A stretch of DNA of 64,000 bases from the human T2T-CHM13v2.0 reference genome, Homo sapiens, in NCBI RefSeq assembly GCF_009914755.1, contig NC_060925.1; one strand, written 5' to 3'. This document shows, in pieces, positions 54,380-64,000 of the stretch; position 1 is the first letter of the stretch; each line of letters begins with the position of its first letter. The notes beneath the pieces were generated by a model. The model saw only the letters and a program-made list of their open reading frames with translations, was not told the origin of the DNA and searched no databases. A program made the translations under genes and the position numbers.

Positions 54380-55900
54380 TATGTATTGGAAGATTAGGAG
54401 AATAAATGTCAGGAAAGCTGCTCTTGATTTTCCGAATTGCAAGGATCACAGGAAGCCCTCACAGATGATCTTGGCTGCTTCAGTACTGATGGATGATTCT
54501 CAGAAAATCTGAACGTGAAGGGCTAAAGTCCACATCTATCATCTGATAAGTGCTGGCATATCACCCTGCCCCAAACAACTGGCTTCCCCCTTCTGCATCC
54601 ACATATTTCATGAATGCTCCTTTTTTGTAAAACCCTTTTGGCAAGGTGATATGGAAAACAGACATCAGGATTTCCAGAATTTTTATTCCTACATTGTGGT
54701 ACAGAGAACTTAGAAGTGTAAGTATGATACTAAATATCAGTAAAATATAGTCAGCACAGGTTTCCCTTTTAGATATTCACCATCCATACACATCCTTCTG
54801 TTGATGTTTAAATTTCCAAACAGTAATAACGAATATAACGAAAATACATCTCACATAAAGAGGTACCCACATTTATCTCTAAAAATGAAACAATAAATTA
54901 TTTGATAGCCTTTTCTTTGTAGATGGAATTATAATGTTTTGTAACATCAACACACCTTATATATACTGGTAGGTTAAGACAAGATGGGAAAATGATCAAC
55001 ATACACATATATACATAATAAAGCAAGCAGTAAAATAAAACAGCTACTGCAATCCTTGTTTCTGTAAGTAAACATGACTATCACTGATGCTTATGACTTT
55101 TTAAAATGTCACCTGTTTATATTCTTTTGAACTCACCTAATACCCCAACATTTCTGAAGGGCTTGAACTATTAGTGACTGCCTAAATTAGGTTGTTTTAG
55201 TCTTCTATTAAATTTTGCCTTTATATATGAAGTAATAAAAAATGCCCTAGAACATCTAGATTCTAGACATACTATTTTCTGCCTTGGTAGTGTAGCGGCA
55301 ACACCCTATTTTTCGTTAAAAAACAGGATTCATTTCTGTCTGTAGATTACTGGTACAGAAGGACAAAGTAGACTGAAGTGGCCAAGGGGCCATCTCAATC
55401 ACCATTTTTGTGTTTTCTGGTGGAAGTAACACTCCTTTGTGAAATAACACTTCTAATCCACAAAGCTCAAACTTATGCATATAAGTCATTAGGAGTAATA
55501 ACAGAAGGATTCATTTCATCTCCCCTTAAACGTCGGTTCTCAGACTTATACATTCTTGTTAGTAGAGAATGAACACAATCCTTTGGCTGCTGGTTCAGAG
55601 TATATTCTGCTTTGGGCAGACACATGGGGCTGTACTAGGTATTGGCACAGAGCCAGTGCAGTAACTGAGCCTCAAGTAAACCGTTTCATATTCCACCAGG
55701 TCACCTCCTTCTGAGCGGTGGAATACACAGAGGCTTCCCAGTATTATTTAGTACATAATTATAATTCTCTCACTGACTTGTGAGGTCACTTCTGCCAAAG
55801 ACCAAGTTCTCAAATACACATACATTAATTTCTGAGCTCTCCTTTCTGTCTCTATACTACTTATTTCTTCTTGCACCAATAGCATGCTCTTTTTTATTAC
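54380..55900 (-). mobile_element. ERVL-class remnant: integrase/dUTPase 3' region plus probable LTR
   Basis: Minus strand ttagaagtgttatttcacaaaggagtgttacttccaccagaaaacac...ggccacttc...tagtatgtctagaat...acaacctaatttaggcag resembles the ERVL dUTPase region. LTR-like start TGTGCTGAC at about 54758. Confidence 0.55.
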
Positions 55901-56419
55901 TAAAGCATAGTTTTTTTTTACTAGGAAGAGTGAGGGCCTATATTACTTGCCCTTTACAAAATTGTTTTATAATTTCATGAAAATTTTGGAAATCTGATTG
56001 TCAGGGTGACTTCAAAATTTATGCATGGATTTGGGTTGGAATTATATTGGCTTTATAGATTAGCTTGAACAAAATTCACAACTCTATATTATTTTGTCAT
56101 TCTGGTAAAATGCATTAATAAGATAACACACTGTTTGATGACAGAGCTCAACTAGATTTAGTATACTTACTAAAATTTTAGGTTTTTGCAAAACATCTCA
56201 ATGTTCTTAATTAGAGTTTCTAGGGGCAGCGCCCTGGAAAACATCATTCAACCCTCTTTTGATTCTTAGAAACACTGAAGTTGAGTGTCATTGGACAAAT
56301 ACATCAGTCTTCTGATTAAAATTCAGTAAAAATTTTCCACTTGGTCTGTTGCATTACAGTCTTAATTGTGGTGGGCTCTCCTTCAGAATCCATCACAACT
56401 TTCAAATGGACTCAACTTT

Positions 56420-56990
56420 CAAAGCATACATGGGCTAATTATGCTCATGACTTCAACTCCCCAGGCTCCTCAACTGAGGCCACCTTTGAGAAACTGGTGA
56501 CATTATTTTTTCCAAAATGAACTTGACTCCTAATTAACCCCAAGACAACAGCTCCAGTGCAGTAGATCTAACCTCAGGAGTCCAGTGTTTACAGTACATG
56601 CTTCTAATAACCACATCCCACGTTGGTCATCAGAACTTCTGAAGATGGTGACTTATCTGGAGAAGCTGGGAGTCCTGATAGATGGAGGAGGCTAGCTCTG
56701 TTGATTCAGATGAGAGTTTCTATCTCAAGGCAGCTTCCCTCTCATTTGCTGTTATTTCCTCAGGCTCTGATTTGTGGCAGTGGTGCTACTTGTCAGGAGA
56801 CTGCCAAATACTGAATAGCTGCTTCTCTCTAAATTAGAAGGGAGAGAGCAATGTAAGTACTTACCGAGCAGTGGGAACATTGACCTAGCTTGGGGATTTG
56901 TGGGGACTGGACTTGAATGATGGGTAGTGTTTGAGAAAGCCTCTTTCTGTGCCTCCCATGGAGATCAGTGATGGCATTTCTGGTAAGTAG
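56420..56990 (+). promoter_or_regulatory. Candidate OR10K1 promoter and 5' non-coding exon
   Basis: CTAATTA (56435), CTAATTAACCCCAAGA (56530), Olf-1/EBF TCCCATGGAG (56954-56963). Donors AAT|GTAAGT (56853) and CTG|GTAAGT (56983). Confidence 0.55.
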
Positions 56991-57011
56991 CAGAGTTAAA
57001 AAGGAGAATCA

Positions 57012-57404
<393 letters not shown>

Positions 57405-57444
57405 TCATTCTTACTCATAGCTAGATTTTATTTTCTTTTTTCTT

Positions 57445-57510
57445 TTCCTTCCTTCCTTCCTTTCTTCCTTACTTCCTTCCTCCCTTCCTTCTTTCCTTCC
57501 TTCCTTCCTC
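57445..57510 (+). repeat. (CCTT)n microsatellite
   Basis: Imperfect ccttccttcc array. Confidence 0.85.
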
Positions 57511-59706
57511 CTCTACTTCTCTTTTTTGTTCATTGGTGGATTCATGGATTAAATGAAACAGATACTCCACTTGTCTCTCATCTCTCACTCTTCTACTTCT
57601 GTTTCTGCTGTGTACTCCTGGATGTATAATTTTAGGTATAATTGAAATCTAGTACTTAAACTCCATTTTAATATGGCAATCTGGAGAAATTAAAGATTTT
57701 TATTTGTATCTAAGAAGTTAAAATTTCACTCCTTTATTATCTGAAGCTGCTTACATAATTTCTCTCAGCTAACTGATTGATGTTTTCCTTAAAATAAATA
57801 TTTATATTTCTTAAAAGTTTTACACGTGAAAACTCTGTAGATTGCCTTCTTTTGGGGGAACCCAGCACCCTCAAGTACTTTGTTTCTATTTAAATCCAGA
57901 TTACATAAAATCCCAGTGGAGCATCTGAGGAATTAGAAAAATAAAACACTGAAGTAGCATCTCCAAGGATCATAGCCTGAATTCTATTCATACGTTCTAA
58001 AATATCACAATTAAGGGGATTTTGAGATCATCTAACTAGAGAGTCTTTGATTCTCTGAGCAAGAAAGGCTCCTAGGGGTCATAGTACTCCGATACTATCT
58101 TAGTCAAAATTCCTCTGTAAAATGTTCAGGGATCCTCTGCTTCAGTGCCTTCCACATATCCCAACAGTTTATTCCATTACTGTTTATGCTATCCCTTTAA
58201 TTAAAAAAAAAACTAAATATTGAAGGTATATACTTCATCTAAAGTCACAGAAGACTAGACCTGAAACCTAAATCTTTTCACATCACCCTAAAGATCTTTC
58301 ATCTTCATTTTACAGCTTGAACGTATTTTGTAGGATGAGAATTTTTATTTTCCTGGTCTTAAGTCTTTCTATCAGTACAGATGACAACACACTATGGTGG
58401 TCCCTAATGGCATCTTGAGCAGATGGGGGCTGCCTTCTCAGATGCACCATGGAGCTGAATCCATAGATCATAAAAAGGCAATTATATCGATCACATGATT
58501 CATTTAGGCTATGGATTTATATTAATACTATGTAAAAATCCACTGGACTAGAATCAGCTGTCCTCATGTGCCTGAGCAAAAAATAATCCAAACAATTCTC
58601 TTTGGTATCAGTTAGATACAGGTACTCCTTCAGAATCAGAGAATTCCAGCTTCCATGGTTTACATTATTCATCATATTCAGTCAAGTGAGGGCCTAGTGG
58701 CGGTTAAAGGTTGATTAGTTGAAAGAAGATTCAAATGAAAGTCTTTTGGGAAAGCAATGAGGCAAGGCTAAGCAATGACCATAAGTTTAGATTTCCTCAT
58801 TGTTTTGAATAGACAGGAAATCATTTGTCCAGAAGGAGGTATTATGTAGGGAAACTTTTACCTTTCTGTATATAAAAACATATAACTAATACACACACAC
58901 TCATACACAAATATCAATGGAGGTATACATTGTGTTTACTTTTTCTATGTTTATGTACAATAGTAATATCTTTATAGTTATACTAACGTTATTAAAATAA
59001 GTAATTATATTAACTAAGTTTAGGACCAGTTTCTAGTAAGTAAGAAAGAAAAAAAATCATCTCCAAATTCTATGAATAGATATAATGAATTTCAAGAATG
59101 CCTGATGAATTAACTTAGGATTCAGGAAACAAAAAAAGTTGCTATTGAATAGAAAAATGGAAAAGTAACAGCAACAAAATTCTGGTAGCAGATGCCAATA
59201 ATTTCCCAAGACAAAATGATGTAGTAACTTCAGAAGTATATAAATGAAGACTGGATACCAGCAAGACATACTGGATGATTTTGTATCCAGATAGTGCTTT
59301 TTTTACTTATTAGGTTGGGTTATTGAAAAATGTTCCAGTGAAAAAAATTAGGCCTAAGATGATTTTAGAAATAATTTGTAATGGCAGTTTGCAAAATATT
59401 TTTAGTGGCAGAATGTTCAAAAGAAATCTTATTAACATAACAACATACAAAAGATACAAAGCCTATGGTTTACAGCAGGAGAGGGGAAACTGGCAAAATT
59501 CCCAAGTGTGCCATTCTCTCTCACACTCTGTAGCAAGCTCTGTCATTTCTACAAAACTCTTATTTCTCTGAGTTTCTCCAAGTTAGCTCAGCATGGAAAA
59601 GTGAAGTGTGTTACAAAATGCCACAAAGTCAGTCATCTCTCTTTACCACCCTGGTGACTATTCTCTTCCTGAAAGAAGAATTTTTTTCTTTATACTAATG
59701 CACTAA

Positions 59707-60081
<375 letters not shown>

Positions 60082-60600
60082 TAGTATTTCTTATTGTTCC
60101 CTTGGAGATATAAAAAGTTCCCAGTAAATAGATGTGTGCTCACATCTTTACTTAGAGACCATGGAATACTTTATCTCCTTTCTCATTTCATGGTTGGATA
60201 AACTGAAGTCCACATGATTATGTCTGAATATTATTCATTCTTTCGTTCTATATTCTGATCAGCTTCAGGTAGCTGAAGTTAACGTTTTCCACTTTGGAGA
60301 GTGAGTTGCCTTGGGTTTATAGTAAGTGACAAAAACAACAATCTCTCTGTTACATAAGAAGGAAAACTATTAGCAAATTTCCTAATCCTTGGTCAGAGAG
60401 ATAACCTGTTCTTCACATTAGAGAAGGCCTCCAAACTGGCTATCAGTTATTCTTTTGCATATTTTGCCTAATTCTTCTTTTAGCAGGCATTTTAATGGGG
60501 GAATGAAGAATTCCATCAAATATCTGGAAATGCCTGCCACCTGCAAACTTTGTGTGAAATTTCCCGTACATTTCCACTCTCCTTTCTGGATCCTGGTTTC

Positions 60601-60631
60601 TACCTCTGTCCCTGACTCTCCTTTATAGAAG
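60601..60631 (+). promoter_or_regulatory. Splice acceptor of the OR10K1 coding exon (NAGNAG)
   Basis: Branch-point-like ccctgAc, pyrimidine tract, then TAG|AAG| just before ctctccATG. Confidence 0.75.
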
Positions 60632-60639
60632 TGCTCTCC

Positions 60640-61581
60640 ATGGAGCAAGTCAATAAGACTGTGGTGAGAGAGTTCGTCGTCCTCGGCTTCTCATCCCTGG
60701 CCAGGCTGCAGCAGCTGCTCTTTGTTATCTTCCTGCTCCTCTACCTGTTCACTCTGGGCACCAATGCAATCATCATTTCCACCATTGTGCTGGACAGAGC
60801 CCTTCATACTCCCATGTACTTCTTCCTTGCCATCCTTTCTTGCTCTGAGATTTGCTATACCTTTGTCATTGTACCCAAGATGCTGGTTGACCTGCTGTCC
60901 CAGAAGAAGACCATTTCTTTCCTGGGCTGTGCCATCCAAATGTTTTCCTTCCTCTTCTTTGGCTCCTCTCACTCCTTCCTGCTGGCAGCCATGGGCTATG
61001 ATCGCTATATGGCCATCTGTAACCCACTGCGCTACTCAGTGCTCATGGGACATGGGGTGTGTATGGGACTAATGGCTGCTGCCTGTGCCTGTGGCTTCAC
61101 TGTCTCCCTGGTCACCACCTCCCTAGTATTTCATCTGCCCTTCCACTCCTCCAACCAGCTCCATCACTTCTTCTGTGACATCTCCCCTGTCCTTAAACTG
61201 GCATCTCAGCACTCCGGCTTCAGTCAGCTGGTCATATTCATGCTTGGTGTATTTGCCTTGGTCATTCCTCTGCTACTTATCCTAGTCTCCTACATCCGCA
61301 TCATCTCTGCCATTCTAAAAATCCCTTCCTCCGTTGGAAGATACAAGACCTTCTCCACCTGTGCCTCCCATCTCATTGTGGTAACTGTTCACTACAGTTG
61401 TGCCTCTTTCATCTACTTAAGGCCCAAGACTAATTACACTTCAAGCCAAGACACCCTAATATCTGTGTCATACACCATCCTTACCCCATTGTTCAATCCA
61501 ATGATTTATAGTCTGAGAAATAAGGAATTCAAATCAGCCCTACGAAGAACAATCGGCCAAACTTTCTATCCTCTTAGTTAA
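60640..61581 (+). CDS. OR10K1: Olfactory receptor 10K1, 313 aa, intact
   Basis: ATG at 60640 (the ORF track starts at GTG). NKT site; motifs [53 protein letters not shown]. Confidence 0.95.
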   Translation: MEQVNKTVVREFVVLGFSSLARLQQLLFVIFLLLYLFTLGTNAIIISTIVLDRALHTPMYFFLAILSCSEICYTFVIVPKMLVDLLSQKKTISFLGCAIQMFSFLFFGSSHSFLLAAMGYDRYMAICNPLRYSVLMGHGVCMGLMAAACACGFTVSLVTTSLVFHLPFHSSNQLHHFFCDISPVLKLASQHSGFSQLVIFMLGVFALVIPLLLILVSYIRIISAILKIPSSVGRYKTFSTCASHLIVVTVHYSCASFIYLRPKTNYTSSQDTLISVSYTILTPLFNPMIYSLRNKEFKSALRRTIGQTFYPLS

Positions 61582-62479
61582 AGAGCTATTTTTTAAACTA
61601 CTAATGCCTAGTACATGCCAGGCAGAACGTGTGTTTTATACATTTTTTTTCATTTAATTGTCCAGCTCCACTGTAACATAAGAACATTTTACATATGAGA
61701 AGAATGAGGCTCACAGAAGTTAAGACAGTCTGGCTTTCTACTCTCCATGATACTTTAACAAGACTAATCAGATATGGGAACAGAGCACACAGTTCCATAA
61801 CAAATTTAATTATATTTTACTGCTTTAAATATTGCTAATTTAAAAACTAATATGAGAGCAAAGATGCATCTAAACTGATGAGAGCTGTGTCTTGAAGTAG
61901 AGAGCTTGGATACATCAGGAAAGAAAAGATGTATCCAAAAAAAAAAAAAGAAAGAAAAAAGAAAAAAAAAAGGAAAACAGCAGGAAATCCATCTATCCGT
62001 ACTTTTCTTTTCCTAAAGACAACAGAAAACTTTGGTCCCACACATTCTGCTACAAATCTTGGTGGTCCTTTTTGTCCCCAATTCATTTCCTTAACCTACA
62101 TATTGAAATATCTTGGCCTTTACTTGGGGTTGTTTTGTTCTTCCTTTGTTTGAGGTGGAACCACTTTATGGTTCTCTTCCTGATGCACATGTATGTCCTT
62201 CACATACTAGTGTGTCTTAGCCCCCACATTTGTTCCTGAGACACCATACTAATTTGCTCTCTTCAAGGAAGCTACTAGCATTGCCTACTTGCTGAAATAT
62301 CTCAAGTAATTCCAAGCAAAGGGCTTGAGTTAATATTAATAGAAGGCTAGATTCCTAGAATGACCAGAAAACTCATGGAAAACCCTCCAGTGACTCCCTT
62401 TGCCCTACAAGATAATGCCAAGGGTCCTTCATTGTCATGAATCTATCATCTAGTTTCCACCTACCTCTTCAGTATTATC

Positions 62480-62920
62480 ATTTCTAATTTTGTTATTCTC
62501 CATTTTCTATATGCCTTTTGTACACTCTGAAGCTAACCAACTATTTGCTTGTTTTAAAACAAATAAATGTGATGAACAAAATAAATGTGGTCTCTGCCCT
62601 CATAGGCCTTATTGCCTGGTTCAAGATAGTCCCAGTAAACAGAAAAATGAGGGAAAATACCTTACCAGTTTAAGTTGATTCTCTGAAGAAAAAGTGCATG
62701 CAGGCGATAGAGGAGAGAATACTAAGATAAACCTAATTTAGATCGAATGGCATAGGGTTGGTTTCCCAGAGAAACTGAGAGTTAACCTGCATGTAACCTG
62801 AAGGGTAATTAAAAGTCTTCAGGTAAAGGGGATATCCTTTAGGACAGAAGAAACAATGTGTACAAAACCCCTGAAGCAAGAACTGGATGAGTTGGAGACA
62901 AGCAAAGAAGGCCTGTATAA
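62480..62920 (-). mobile_element. L2 fragment
   Basis: gatgaacaaaataaatgtggtctctgccctcataggccttat...cagaagaaacaatgtgtacaaaacccctga is L2-like. Confidence 0.45.
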
Positions 62921-62967
62921 ATGCTGTTTTAAAAATGCTTTTCAATTGACAAAATTATATATATTTA

Positions 62968-64000
<1,033 letters not shown>

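Overview
AT-rich, L1/Alu-dense human genomic DNA from a class II olfactory receptor (OR) cluster. I recognise it from memory as the chr1q23 OR10 cluster; no database search was run. It holds two intact single-coding-exon ORs arranged head-to-head about 44.7 kb apart: OR10K2 (- strand, 15006-15944) and OR10K1 (+ strand, 60640-61581). Between them lie an OR pseudogene disabled by one in-frame TGA (OR10T1P, - strand, 40148-41092) and a full-length processed EI24 pseudogene (49193-51348) inserted inside an L1. The rest is mostly transposon-derived: a full-length L1PA7-like element with a 15-bp TSD, two twin-primed (5'-inverted) L1s, nested L1s, about nine Alu/FLAM copies, ERVL remnants, MaLR/ERVL LTRs, a MER6 and a piggyBac MER75A. 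Each OR has a plausible upstream non-coding exon and an Lhx2/EBF-type promoter. I found no evidence for a wholly new biological system. The most unusual observations are: (1) an apparent gene-conversion tract between the inverted OR10K1/OR10K2 pair; (2) a ~230-bp direct repeat bracketing OR10T1P, with one copy wrapped in inverted repeats and capped by MER75A; (3) the single-stop OR10T1P with intact regulatory architecture; (4) joint loss of both intra-ECL2 cysteines in the OR10K proteins; (5) a near-perfect 76-nt template-switch hairpin inside an L1. Repeat subfamily names are recalled from consensus sequences and boundaries of old repeats are approximate. The ORF track treats TTG/GTG as M, so its OR starts are too long.
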